A program made the translations under genes and the position numbers. Below, piece after piece: positions 29,813 to 39,777 of a stretch of 64,000 nucleotides of DNA. The stretch is from Marivita sp. (GTDB lineage: Bacteria > Pseudomonadota > Alphaproteobacteria > Rhodobacterales > Rhodobacteraceae). Numbering within the stretch: position 1 is the first letter of the stretch; every line of letters starts with the position of its first letter. The notes below the pieces were generated by a model. That model was given only the letters and a program-made list of their open reading frames with translations. It was not told where the DNA came from and ran no database searches. The stretch covers positions 40,108-104,107 of the forward strand of contig NZ_JBPOFB010000009.1 of assembly GCF_051251565.1 (NCBI RefSeq), read 5' to 3'.

Positions 29813-32434
29813 TCAGGCTTCTTTTGCAGCCGGTTTTTTCTTGGCGGCGGGCTTTTTGGTGGCGGTTTTCTTGGCCGGTGCTTTTTTGGCAGCTGCCTTT
29901 TTCGCGGGCGCCTTTTTCTTGGTGCCCTTTTTCGTCGCCTTTTCGGCGATCAGGGCGACGGCCATTTCCATCGTTACCGCGTCCGGTTCCACGTCCTTGG
30001 GCAGGGTTGCGTTGACCTTGTCCCATTTGACGTAGGGCCCGTAGCGCCCTTCCATCACCGAAATCATGCCGCCATCTTGCGGATGTTCACCGATCTCTTT
30101 CAACGCTTTGGCGGCAGCCCCGCGCCCGCGTCCCGGATTGGCGCGCTTTTCCGCAAGCAGTTCAACGGCGCGGTTCATGCCGATTTCGAACACCTCAAGG
30201 AATTCCTTGAGATTGACATAGGTCGGCTTTGCGTCGTCAGGAAGCTGATGCATGATGTAGGGGCCGAACCGGCCCAGATTTGCCTTCACCTCTCCCCCGT
30301 CGGGGTGCATGCCCACGGGGCGCGGCAGCGTCAGCAGCGTGACCGCTTTTTCCAGCGTCATATCGTCGGGTGACCAGCCGGGCAGGAAATCGCCCTTGGC
30401 CTTGGGCAAGCTGGCGCGTGGCGGTTTCTTGTTCTCGGGTGTCGGCTCTCCGCGCTGAACATAGGGGCCAAAGCGACCGGATTTCAGCCAGATCTCTTCG
30501 CCGGCATCTTCGCCCAGAACACGTTCGTCGCCTTCGGCGCCTTCGCCCGCGATGGGCCGCGTATAGGTGCATTCGGGGTAGTTGCCGCAGCCAACAAACC
30601 CGCCGGTGCGGGATGTCTTGAGGTGCAGTTGACCCAAGCCGCATTTTGGGCAGACACGCGGGTCGCTGCCATCGTCGCGCGGCGGATACAGCTGCGGCGC
30701 GAGAGCCGCGTCAAGCACATCGAGCACCTCGGTGATGCGCAGATCGGATGTCTCGGAAATCGCCGCTGAGAAATGCTGCCAGAACCGGGCCAGCACGTCT
30801 TTGTAATCACCTTCACCCGCGCTGACATGGTCAAGCTCATCTTCCAACGCGGCGGTGAAATCATACTCCACATAGCGTTTGAAAAAATTCAGAAGGAAGA
30901 TCGTGACAATCCGGCCCTTGTCCTCGGGGATCAGACGGTTCTGTTCCTTGCGGACATATTCGCGGTCCTGAATCGTGGTGATGATGCTGGCATAGGTCGA
31001 CGGGCGACCAATGCCCAATTCTTCCATCCGTTTGACCAGCGTCGCCTCGGTGTAGCGCGGTGGCGGCTGGGTGAAATGCTGGTCGGGTGTGATGGCCTTT
31101 TTGGCGGCCTTTTCGCCCTGCATGATCTGCGGTAGGCGCTTGTCGTCATCATCGACCACCGCATCGTCGCGGCCTTCTTCGTAGACACGCATAAACCCAT
31201 CGAAGAGAACAACCTGACCATTTGCGCGCAATACGACCTGCCCATCCGCGCTGCCCACATCGACGGTGGTGCGTTCCAGACGCGCCGATTCCATCTGGCA
31301 GGCCAGCGTGCGCTTCCAGATCAGATCATACAGCTTGCGCTGATCCGCTTCGCTGATCTTGAGGTTTGCGGCATCCTTGGACATATCCGTGGGCCGGATG
31401 CATTCGTGCGCTTCTTGCGCGTTCTTGGCCTTGTTCTTGTAGATGCGCGGGTTTGCCGGGACGTAATCGTCGCCGTAACGGTCCTTGATCGCGGCGCGCG
31501 CCTCTTGCACGGCTTCTGGGGCCATGTCGATGCCATCGGTCCGCATGTAGGTGATATGGCCCGCTTCGTACAAGCGCTGCGCCGCGTTCATCGTCTGGCG
31601 CGCGCCCATGCCGAATTTGCGGCTTGCCTCTTGCTGAAGTGTCGAGGTCATGAACGGTGCGGACGGGTTACGCGAGGCGGGTTTGGCCTCAACCGATTGC
31701 ACGGTCAGATCGCGGCTGGTGATGGCCTGAACCGCCAGTTCGGCCTGCGTGCCGTTCTCAAGATCATAGCGGTCAAGCTTTGTGCCCGCGAGAACCGTCA
31801 AACGCGCTTCGTATTCCTGACCGCGCGGCGTCGACAGCAGCGCCTTCACCGACCAGTATTCACGGGCGCGAAACGCTTCGATCTCCATTTCGCGTTCAAC
31901 GATCAGGCGCAAGCACACCGATTGCACCCGCCCCGCAGAGCGTGCCCCGGGCAGTTTGCGCCACAGCACAGGGGACAGGTTAAACCCCACAAGATAGTCC
32001 AGCGCCCGGCGCGCAAGATAAGCGTCGACCAGCGGCACGTCGATGTCCCGTGGATTGGCCATCGCTTCGGTCACGGCGGCCTTGGTGATGGCGTTGAAGG
32101 TGACGCGTTTGACGTCGGTGGTCTTCTTGATCGACCGCCGCTTGGTCAGCGCCTCTTTGAGGTGCCACGAGATCGCTTCGCCTTCGCGGTCAGGGTCGGT
32201 TGCGAGGATCAGCGCGTCATCGGTTTTAAGCGCTTCGGCGATGGCCGCGACATGTTTGCGCGAGTCCGCTCCGACCTCCCATTTCATGTCAAACCCGTTT
32301 TCGGTATCGACAGAACCATCCTTTGGCGGCAGGTCACGGACGTGTCCGTAAGACGCCAGAACAGTGTAGTCAGACCCCAGATATTTGTTGATTGTCTTGG
32401 CTTTTGCCGGGGATTCGACAACGACAACTGGCAT
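29813..32434 (-). CDS. topA: DNA topoisomerase I with Lys/Ala-rich C-terminal tail
   Basis: MPVVVVESPAKAKTINKYLG Toprim start (ATG 32434). Active-site region ITYMRTDG. C-terminal zinc-ribbon-like repeats, then KKGTKKKAPAKKAAAKKAPAKKTATKKPAAKKKPAAKEA. Confidence 0.93.
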   Translation of the reverse strand: MPVVVVESPAKAKTINKYLGSDYTVLASYGHVRDLPPKDGSVDTENGFDMKWEVGADSRKHVAAIAEALKTDDALILATDPDREGEAISWHLKEALTKRRSIKKTTDVKRVTFNAITKAAVTEAMANPRDIDVPLVDAYLARRALDYLVGFNLSPVLWRKLPGARSAGRVQSVCLRLIVEREMEIEAFRAREYWSVKALLSTPRGQEYEARLTVLAGTKLDRYDLENGTQAELAVQAITSRDLTVQSVEAKPASRNPSAPFMTSTLQQEASRKFGMGARQTMNAAQRLYEAGHITYMRTDGIDMAPEAVQEARAAIKDRYGDDYVPANPRIYKNKAKNAQEAHECIRPTDMSKDAANLKISEADQRKLYDLIWKRTLACQMESARLERTTVDVGSADGQVVLRANGQVVLFDGFMRVYEEGRDDAVVDDDDKRLPQIMQGEKAAKKAITPDQHFTQPPPRYTEATLVKRMEELGIGRPSTYASIITTIQDREYVRKEQNRLIPEDKGRIVTIFLLNFFKRYVEYDFTAALEDELDHVSAGEGDYKDVLARFWQHFSAAISETSDLRITEVLDVLDAALAPQLYPPRDDGSDPRVCPKCGLGQLHLKTSRTGGFVGCGNYPECTYTRPIAGEGAEGDERVLGEDAGEEIWLKSGRFGPYVQRGEPTPENKKPPRASLPKAKGDFLPGWSPDDMTLEKAVTLLTLPRPVGMHPDGGEVKANLGRFGPYIMHQLPDDAKPTYVNLKEFLEVFEIGMNRAVELLAEKRANPGRGRGAAAKALKEIGEHPQDGGMISVMEGRYGPYVKWDKVNATLPKDVEPDAVTMEMAVALIAEKATKKGTKKKAPAKKAAAKKAPAKKTATKKPAAKKKPAAKEA

Positions 32435-32644
32435 AAAAATAGGACCTTTCTCACCGCTCCAAGAGCATCTTGGGTGTACCGCATATGGCGGCGCTATAGG
32501 TGGGGTGCAAGCGGGAATTGTCAATCGCGGCACTTGTCCGCCTTGGTGTGGCCCCTGACTCAAGGAGGACAAGCCCGGCCCAAATGGGTGGCGCATTTCC
32601 CACAAAAGAAATGCTGAAATTGCCCTAATTTTTGCCCACGCCGT

Positions 32645-33781
32645 CTAACCGATGCGCGAAATCAACCCGCCGGGCTGGCGGTTGATGCGGCCGTCCAGTT
32701 CCAGATCCGTGAGCGCTGGGGACACGATGCGTGACGTCGCCCCAAGATCGCGGATGAGCTGGTCTTCACCGACCGGAGACGGCCCAAGACGGTCAAGGAT
32801 CTTTTGGTGCAGCTGTGCAATCTCGGCCAATGACCGTTCCGGCGCAGCAGGTTCCAGCGGCAATTCCGGGGTAGTCACTTGTGGCGCGGCCAGAGGGGCC
32901 AACGCCTCGATCACGTCATCTGCACTGCGGACAAGCCGCGCACCGTCGCGCAAAAGCATGTTGCACCCGGAGGCGCGCGCATCAAACGGGTGTCCGGGCA
33001 CGGCCATCACCTCGCGCCCTTGATCCAGTGCGGTTCGAGCCGTGATCAGCGACCCGGATTTCGCCGCCGCCTCGACCACGATAACCGCGCATGACAGCCC
33101 GGAAATGATGCGGTTGCGGGCCGGGAAATGCCGCGCCTGGGGTTGCAGGCCCATCGGTTGTTCGCTGATCCGCGCGCCGCCCTGTGCGACGATATCTTCA
33201 GCGAGTTTGGTGTTTTCCGCTGGATAAAGCACATCCACCCCGCCGCCCAGAACCGCGATGGTGCCGGTCTTCAACGCTGCGAGATGTGCGGCGGTATCAA
33301 CCCCGCGCGCCATGCCCGATGTTATGACAAAACCCGCCTCGCCCAGCCCAGCTGCCAGCGTCCGCGCCATGCGCCCCCCCAATGAGGACGCGTTACGCGC
33401 GCCAACCAGCGCGACCTGCCGCTTGGCAAGCACTGCCGTATCACCGACCGCCCAAAGCATTGGCGGGGGATCGTCCAGATCGGTCAGGCCTTGCGGGTAG
33501 ATGCCATCGCCGAGACACAGCAATCGTGCGCCCGCGGCCCGTGCCGCCTTGAGTTCTGCATGGATTACAGCCTCGGGGCACACCTGATAGGTGTCGACAC
33601 CAGCAGCGCGGGCTATGTCGGGCAGATGTTTCAACGCCTCAGCCGCGCTGCCATGATCGGCCATCAGCCGGTAAAACGTGCTGATCCCCACCCGACGCGA
33701 GCGCAAGAGGCGAAGCCAGTCAAACCTTTGGTCTTCCGTGGTGGGTGGGAGTAGGGGGTGAGTGGAAGAGTTGTGTCCCAA
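32645..33781 (-). CDS. dprA: DNA-processing protein DprA
   Basis: 378 aa ORF. VALVGARNASS...ITSGMARGVDTAAH...IAVLGGGVD...SEQP are the DprA Rossmann-fold motifs. Confidence 0.9.
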   Translation of the reverse strand: MGHNSSTHPLLPPTTEDQRFDWLRLLRSRRVGISTFYRLMADHGSAAEALKHLPDIARAAGVDTYQVCPEAVIHAELKAARAAGARLLCLGDGIYPQGLTDLDDPPPMLWAVGDTAVLAKRQVALVGARNASSLGGRMARTLAAGLGEAGFVITSGMARGVDTAAHLAALKTGTIAVLGGGVDVLYPAENTKLAEDIVAQGGARISEQPMGLQPQARHFPARNRIISGLSCAVIVVEAAAKSGSLITARTALDQGREVMAVPGHPFDARASGCNMLLRDGARLVRSADDVIEALAPLAAPQVTTPELPLEPAAPERSLAEIAQLHQKILDRLGPSPVGEDQLIRDLGATSRIVSPALTDLELDGRINRQPGGLISRIG

Positions 33782-33915
33782 TGTCAGCCTGCCTTCGCCG
33801 TCTTGCAGGGACAGGAATAGGGCGTCACTGGTTAATCAGTGATGAATCCCGACATTGGATTGGCGAGAAATAAAACACCTTCCCGCCAACCATCTGATTT
33901 AGATATATTCTTTTC

Positions 33916-35337
33916 TTAGGCTTGCGCGCCACCAACGGTCAGGCCACCGATCATGAGAGTCGGCTGACCGACGCCCACTGGCACCCATTGGCCCTGTTTG
34001 CCGCAATTCCCCATCCCCGGATCAAGCGCCATGTCGTTACCAAGGGCGCGAATCTGTTGCAGCGCGGTGGCGCCGTCCCCGATCAGGGTGGCCCCTTTGA
34101 CCGGCGCGCCAACTTTGCCGTTCTTCACCCTGTAGGCCTCAGTGCAGGAGAAAACGAATTTGCCATTGGTGATGTCAACCTGACCGCCGCCAAAGCCAAC
34201 GGCCCAGATGCCATCCTTGAGGTCGGCCACGATATCGCCGGGATCAGTATCGCCGCCCAGCATATAGGTGTTGGTCATGCGCGGCATCGGGATATGTGCA
34301 TAGGATTCGCGCCGACCATTCCCGGTGGGGGCCACGCCCATGAGACGCGCGTTCTGGCGGTCCTGCATATAGCCCACAAGCCTGCCATCCTCGATCAGCA
34401 CGTTCTTGCCCGACGGTGTGCCTTCATCGTCCACGGTGATCGATCCGCGCCGGTCCGGGATGGTGCCATCGTCAAGCACCGTCACGCCCTTGGCCGCGAC
34501 CTGCTGGCCCATCAGCCCGGCAAAGGCGGAAGATCCCTTGCGGTTGAAATCGCCCTCAAGCCCGTGCCCGACGGCTTCATGAAGCAAGATGCCCGGCCAG
34601 CCCGGGCCAAGCACGATGTCCATGGCGCCTGCGGGCGCGGGCACGGCATCGAGGTTTACCAGCGCAACACGTAGCGCCTCGCGCGCCTTGCCCTGCCAGT
34701 CGGACGGATCAAGCAATCCGTCAAGCATCACGCGCCCCCCGCCCCCGGCGGTGCCAGATTCACGGCGGCCATTTTCCTCGACGATCACGCTGACATTGAC
34801 GCGGGTCATCGGGCGTGTGTCGGACACAAGGCTGCCTTCAGGGCGCAGAATCGCCACCTCTTGCAAGGAGGCCGCGATTGTTGCGCTCACCTGAACGACA
34901 CGGGGGTCAAGCGCGCGGGCAAAGGCGTCGATCTCGCGCAGGGTGTCGACCTTGACCGGGAAACTGTGCCCGGCGATGGGATCGGCGTCGGTATACAGGC
35001 GCGTGTTGGTGCCCGCTGGTTTCTCGGCCAGAGTGCCCCCGCCCTCGCCCACGGCGAGCCGAGCTGTTTCTACCGCCCGCTTGATCGCCGATTCGGAGAT
35101 GTTGGTAGAATGGGCATAGCCCGCCACTTCGCCGCGCACCGCGCGCAACCCGAACCCTTCGGACGCATCATAGCTGGCCGTCTTGACCCGCCCGTCGTCG
35201 AACACAAGCACCTCTGACCGGCGACGTTCGAGAAACAATTCCCCGTCATCTGCCCCCGCTACAGCCTCTTTGAGAAGCGCAAGCGCCCGGTCGCGATCAA
35301 GATGTGTGTCGAATGGTTGAAAGGATGTATCGGCCAT
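33916..35337 (-). CDS. tldD: Metalloprotease TldD
   Basis: HEAVGHGLEGD metal-binding motif. The TldD/PmbA fold pattern runs throughout. The start was chosen at MADTSFQ (ATG 35337). Confidence 0.9.
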   Translation of the reverse strand: MADTSFQPFDTHLDRDRALALLKEAVAGADDGELFLERRRSEVLVFDDGRVKTASYDASEGFGLRAVRGEVAGYAHSTNISESAIKRAVETARLAVGEGGGTLAEKPAGTNTRLYTDADPIAGHSFPVKVDTLREIDAFARALDPRVVQVSATIAASLQEVAILRPEGSLVSDTRPMTRVNVSVIVEENGRRESGTAGGGGRVMLDGLLDPSDWQGKAREALRVALVNLDAVPAPAGAMDIVLGPGWPGILLHEAVGHGLEGDFNRKGSSAFAGLMGQQVAAKGVTVLDDGTIPDRRGSITVDDEGTPSGKNVLIEDGRLVGYMQDRQNARLMGVAPTGNGRRESYAHIPMPRMTNTYMLGGDTDPGDIVADLKDGIWAVGFGGGQVDITNGKFVFSCTEAYRVKNGKVGAPVKGATLIGDGATALQQIRALGNDMALDPGMGNCGKQGQWVPVGVGQPTLMIGGLTVGGAQA

Positions 35338-35524
35338 GAAACCCCCAGAGGTGAATTTGATATAGATCAAGGAAAGCGCGTTTTTGCCGCAAGCAACCTT
35401 CTTTAACTGATGTGAAGAATATGGTTTTAACCGCTCCTAAGACAACTGGAGGTATGGTGCGGGTTCAGCTCGCACCGCAGTTCCTGGAAAACTTGACCAT
35501 ACACGCAACCGATCAGGGTAAGAC

Positions 35525-36403
35525 ATGCAACTCAAAACTTTGCTCTTGGGTCTGGCCACCACCTTCGCCGCAGCGCCGGCGTTTGCCCAGCAAACGCTAG
35601 AGACAATTGGCGCTCCGGTGGACAGAGGCACAGGCTTTCAACCCGCGGCAACCGAATTGGCGCGCGACCTTCAATGGCTTGACGGGATGATCCTTATCAT
35701 CATCACCGCCATCGTGCTGTTTGTGACCGCCCTGATGGCCTACTGCATCGTGCGCTACAACCGCCGCGCGAATCCGACGCCATCCAGCTTTACCCACAAC
35801 ACACCTATCGAGATTCTATGGACCGTGGGTCCGATCCTCGTATTGGTCTTCATCGGCGCGTTCTCGCTGCCGATACTGTTCAAACAGCAGGAAATCCCCG
35901 AAGCCGACCTGACCATCAAGGTGACCGGCTACCAGTGGTACTGGGGCTATGAATATGTAGGCGAAGACCTCGCCTTTGACGGCTACATGATCGGGTCGCC
36001 CTTCACCGGTGGCGACAACCGCATGACTGCCGAAGTTGAAACGCAGCTGGTTGAAGCCGGCTATCGCAAAGAAGACTTCCTTTTGGCGACAGACACTGCG
36101 GTTGTTGTCCCGGTCGGCAAAACGGTCGTGATGCAGGTCACCGGCGCCGATGTGATCCATTCATGGACCATTCCGGCCTTCGGTGTGAAGCAGGACGCGA
36201 TCCCCGGTCGTCTGGCTGAACTGTGGTTCAACGCCGAAAAAGAAGGCGTCTATTTCGGTCAGTGTTCCGAGCTGTGTGGCATTGCGCATGCCTACATGCC
36301 GATCACGGTCAAAGTGGTCAGCGAAGCGTCCTATGACGCATGGTTGGCAGCCTCTAAGGAAGCGGGCGAATACGTCGATGTCCGCACCGTCCTGACCAAC
36401 TGA
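35525..36403 (+). CDS. ctaC: Cytochrome c oxidase (aa3) subunit II
   Basis: Signal peptide, two TM helices, and the CuA centre DVIHSW...[13 protein letters not shown]. Confidence 0.95.
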   Translation: MQLKTLLLGLATTFAAAPAFAQQTLETIGAPVDRGTGFQPAATELARDLQWLDGMILIIITAIVLFVTALMAYCIVRYNRRANPTPSSFTHNTPIEILWTVGPILVLVFIGAFSLPILFKQQEIPEADLTIKVTGYQWYWGYEYVGEDLAFDGYMIGSPFTGGDNRMTAEVETQLVEAGYRKEDFLLATDTAVVVPVGKTVVMQVTGADVIHSWTIPAFGVKQDAIPGRLAELWFNAEKEGVYFGQCSELCGIAHAYMPITVKVVSEASYDAWLAASKEAGEYVDVRTVLTN

Positions 36404-36477
36404 TACGACAGCGCGCATGCGGAGTGCTGCATGCGCGCCCCTTACGGCCATCCTGACCCAACAGTGTTGAGACCATC

Positions 36478-37419
36478 ATGACCGATACAAGCATCAACAC
36501 CCAAATGCGCAGTGCCGAGAACGAAGCGCAGTTCAGCGACTTCTTCGCCCTGCTGAAGCCGCGCGTCATGACGCTTGTTGTGTTCACAGCGTTTGTGGGC
36601 CTGCTGGCCGCACCCACGGGCATACACCCGTTCATCGGATTTTGCGCGATCCTGTTCATCGCGATCGGTGGTGGGGCGTCCGGCGCGCTCAACATGTGGT
36701 GGGATGCCGATATCGACGCCGTGATGAAGCGCACCCAGCGCCGCCCGATCCCTGCGGGCAAGGTCACGAGCGACGAAGCACTGGCCATCGGGCTGGCTTT
36801 GTCGGCATTTTCAGTCGTGTTTCTGGGGCTTGCGACCAACTGGGTCGCCGCTGGTCTTTTGGCCTTTACCATCTTCTTTTATGTCGTGATTTACACGATG
36901 TGGCTCAAGCGGTGGACACCACAAAACATCGTCATCGGTGGCGCGGCAGGTGCCTTTCCTCCAATGATCGGGTGGGCTGCGGCCACCGGCGGTGTGAGCG
37001 TTGAATCCGTGCTGATGTTCTGCCTGACCTTCATGTGGACGCCGCCGCATTTCTGGGCGCTGGCACTGTTCATGCGCAAGGACTACGACAATGCCGACGT
37101 GCCGATGCTGACCGTGACCCACGGGCGCCGCGCGACGCGCAATCACATTCTGGTCTACACCATCCTGCTTGCCATTCTGGCTGTTGCCGCCGGCTTCACG
37201 TCGATTGGTGGCCCGATCTACATCGTCACTGCGGTCGTGCTGAATATTCTTTTCCTGCGCGGTGCGATTCAAATCTGGCGCCGGGACGAAGACATGTCCG
37301 AGGAAGACAACTTCCTTGCGGAGCGCAAATTCTTCAAACTGTCCCTGCTTTATCTTTTCGCCCATTTCGGCGCGATCCTGATTGAAGCAGGTCTGGACAA
37401 GGCCGGGGTATGGGCATGA
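36478..37419 (+). CDS. ctaB: Heme o synthase (protoheme IX farnesyltransferase)
   Basis: 313 aa polytopic ORF with UbiA-family motifs NMWWDADIDAVMKRTQRRP. Confidence 0.93.
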   Translation: MTDTSINTQMRSAENEAQFSDFFALLKPRVMTLVVFTAFVGLLAAPTGIHPFIGFCAILFIAIGGGASGALNMWWDADIDAVMKRTQRRPIPAGKVTSDEALAIGLALSAFSVVFLGLATNWVAAGLLAFTIFFYVVIYTMWLKRWTPQNIVIGGAAGAFPPMIGWAAATGGVSVESVLMFCLTFMWTPPHFWALALFMRKDYDNADVPMLTVTHGRRATRNHILVYTILLAILAVAAGFTSIGGPIYIVTAVVLNILFLRGAIQIWRRDEDMSEEDNFLAERKFFKLSLLYLFAHFGAILIEAGLDKAGVWA

Positions 37420-37580
37420 GCCTGTCGAAACAACACGAACTGCACGAACGTCGCTTCGGTCGCAATCTTGGGGTCGGGCTTTTGCTTGCCGCACTTATTG
37501 CCATCGTGTTTGGATTGACGGTCGTCAAAGTAACCAATGACAATTTCACAACTCCTTCAGCTGAAACGGTGTCACAATGA
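37416..37580 (+). CDS. Small single-TM protein (54 aa) coupled between ctaB and ctaG
   Basis: My own translation: MSLSKQHELHERRFGRNLGVGLLLAALIAIVFGLTVVKVTNDNFTTPSAETVSQ. ATGA overlaps at both ends (37416-37419 with ctaB, 37577-37580 with ctaG). Confidence 0.55.
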   Translation: MSLSKQHELHERRFGRNLGVGLLLAALIAIVFGLTVVKVTNDNFTTPSAETVSQ

Positions 37581-38164
37581 AAACACTCGATCCCAAGAAG
37601 AAGACCGCCCTTCAGGGCTTTGCAGTTGTTGTGTTCATGGGTGGGCTCGCATGGGCATCCGTTCCTTTGTATGATTGGTTCTGCCGCGTAACGGGCTTTG
37701 GTGGCACCACAAACGTCGCCGAAGCGGGCAGCGTCGAGATCATCGACCGGACCATCAAGATCCGCTTTGACGCTTCGCTCGAACGCGGCATGCCGTGGGA
37801 ATTCAAGCCCAAGCAGCTTGAGGTCGAACTGCGCCTCGGCGAAGAAGGCATGGCCTTTTACGAAGCGTATAACCCGACCGACCGTCCGGTTGCAGGCACC
37901 GCCAGCTACAACGTGGCACCTTACGGCGCGGGGCTTTATTTCTCCAAGATCGCCTGCTTCTGTTTTGAAGAGCAGATCCTGATGCCCGGTGAGCGGGTCG
38001 AGATGCCGGTCAACTTTTTCGTTGATCCAGACATCCTGAACGACTCGGACGCCAAATTCGCAAAACACATTACCCTGTCCTACACGTTCCACGAGATAGA
38101 GCTGTCTGAAGAGATGCAGGCCATGCTTGACGCGGAACTGACCGACAACGGTACATTGAACTAA
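37577..38164 (+). CDS. ctaG: Cytochrome c oxidase assembly protein CtaG (Cox11)
   Basis: 195 aa ORF. PLYDWFCRVTGFGGTT and KIACFCFEEQ are Cox11 copper-binding motifs. Confidence 0.93.
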   Translation: MKTLDPKKKTALQGFAVVVFMGGLAWASVPLYDWFCRVTGFGGTTNVAEAGSVEIIDRTIKIRFDASLERGMPWEFKPKQLEVELRLGEEGMAFYEAYNPTDRPVAGTASYNVAPYGAGLYFSKIACFCFEEQILMPGERVEMPVNFFVDPDILNDSDAKFAKHITLSYTFHEIELSEEMQAMLDAELTDNGTLN

Positions 38165-38186
38165 CGCCTAGCTTTGAGGGACCAAA

Positions 38187-38987
38187 ATGGCGCACGCAAA
38201 AGATCATGACTACCACATCCTGAACCCCTCCATCTGGCCGTTCGCCGGCTCTGTGGCTGGGTTCATCATGCTGTTCGGGGCCGTGCTTTGGATGCACGAC
38301 AGCGGACCGTGGATGTTCCTCATCGGCTTTGTTGGCGTTCTGTACGTCATGTTCGGCTGGTGGGCCGATGTCATCGCCGAGAGCCAGGTTGGCGACCACA
38401 CCCCCGTGGTGCGGATCGGCCTCAAGTATGGCTTTATCCTGTTCATCATGTCCGAAGTCATGTTCTTCGCGGCGTGGTTCTGGAGTTTCTTCAAGCACGC
38501 AATGTATCCGATGGGTCCGCTCAGCCCGGCGGTTGACGGTGTCTGGCCGCCTGTTGGGATCGAAACATTCGACCCCTGGCACCTGCCACTGATCAACACG
38601 CTGATCCTGCTTTGCTCGGGCGCGGCGGCGACATGGGCGCACCACGCGCTGGTGCATGAAGACAACCGCGAAGACATGAAGTGGGGGCTGATCATTGCCA
38701 TCGCTCTGGGTGTGATCTTTACCGGGATGCAGGCGTATGAATACACGCATGCCGGCTTTGGCTTTGCCGGGAACATCTATGGTGCCAACTTCTTCATGGC
38801 GACGGGCTTCCACGGCGTGCATGTGATCATTGGCACGATCTTTCTGTTTGTCTGTTACCTGCGCCTGCGCCGGGGTCACTTTACGCAGGAAAAGCACATC
38901 GGCTTTGAGGCCGCTGCGTGGTACTGGCACTTCGTTGATGTCGTTTGGCTGTTCCTGTTCGCCTCCATCTACGTCTGGGGCCAGTAA
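38187..38987 (+). CDS. ctaE: Cytochrome c oxidase subunit III
   Basis: 266 aa seven-[18 protein letters not shown] is the C-terminal signature. Confidence 0.95.
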   Translation: MAHAKDHDYHILNPSIWPFAGSVAGFIMLFGAVLWMHDSGPWMFLIGFVGVLYVMFGWWADVIAESQVGDHTPVVRIGLKYGFILFIMSEVMFFAAWFWSFFKHAMYPMGPLSPAVDGVWPPVGIETFDPWHLPLINTLILLCSGAAATWAHHALVHEDNREDMKWGLIIAIALGVIFTGMQAYEYTHAGFGFAGNIYGANFFMATGFHGVHVIIGTIFLFVCYLRLRRGHFTQEKHIGFEAAAWYWHFVDVVWLFLFASIYVWGQ

Positions 38988-39041
38988 CATCCCCAAACGC
39001 GGCGTTCCGGCTTGATCGGGACCAGCCAACAAGGATAAAGC

Positions 39042-39066
39042 AAGGCGCGCCGGATCGGCGCGCTTT
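39042..39066 (+). terminator. Rho-independent terminator/attenuator after ctaE
   Basis: GCGCGCCG-GAT-CGGCGCGC is a perfect 8-bp GC stem (39045-39063), followed by TTTGTCACTTT. Confidence 0.5.
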
Positions 39067-39087
39067 GTCACTTTCAGGAGTCGCCCT

Positions 39088-39771
39088 TTGACCCGTATCG
39101 CCCCGCCCCTGCTGTTCGGCCTTATCGGCACCGCCATCCTTGTGTGGCTTGGCATGTGGCAGATGCAGCGGCTGGACTGGAAGCAAGACATCCTGACCCA
39201 GATCGAAAGCCGCATCGGAGGCGACCCGCTGCCCCTGCCCGCCCCCGGTCAGGCCAATCCCGACGCGGACCGCTATCAACCCGTCCAACTGAATGGGACA
39301 GTTGAACCAGAGGAACTCTATGTTCTGGTGTCGCAAAAACGCATTGGCGCGGGCTACCGCGTGATTTCTGCGTTCGAGACGGCAGATGGCCGCCGTGTCT
39401 TGCTGGATCGCGGGTTCATACGCGTGGATGCGCGCGACACCCCCCGCGACAGCGGCGCAAGTGAGGTGATCGGTAACCTGCACTGGCCGGATGATCGCAC
39501 GTCCTCGACCCCGGACAATGACACCGCTGACAACACATGGTTTGCGCGCGACGTGGACCAGATGGCAGAGATGCTGAACACCGAACCGCTCTTGGTGATT
39601 GCCCGCAACATATTGCCCGGCGATCCCGGCGTGACGCCCCTGCCGGTGGACACCGGCGGCATTCCGAACGATCACCTGCAATATGCACTCACCTGGTTTT
39701 CGCTCGCCGCGGTGTGGCTGATCGGAACACTCGCGCTGGTATGGCGCTTGCGACAGACGAAGGAAGGCTAA
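39088..39771 (+). CDS. SURF1 family cytochrome oxidase biogenesis protein
   Basis: 227 aa ORF. LGMWQMQRLDWK N-terminal motif and C-terminal HLQYALTWFSLA. TTG start 7 nt after AGGAG. Confidence 0.88.
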   Translation: MTRIAPPLLFGLIGTAILVWLGMWQMQRLDWKQDILTQIESRIGGDPLPLPAPGQANPDADRYQPVQLNGTVEPEELYVLVSQKRIGAGYRVISAFETADGRRVLLDRGFIRVDARDTPRDSGASEVIGNLHWPDDRTSSTPDNDTADNTWFARDVDQMAEMLNTEPLLVIARNILPGDPGVTPLPVDTGGIPNDHLQYALTWFSLAAVWLIGTLALVWRLRQTKEG

Positions 39772-39777
39772 AGCCTG

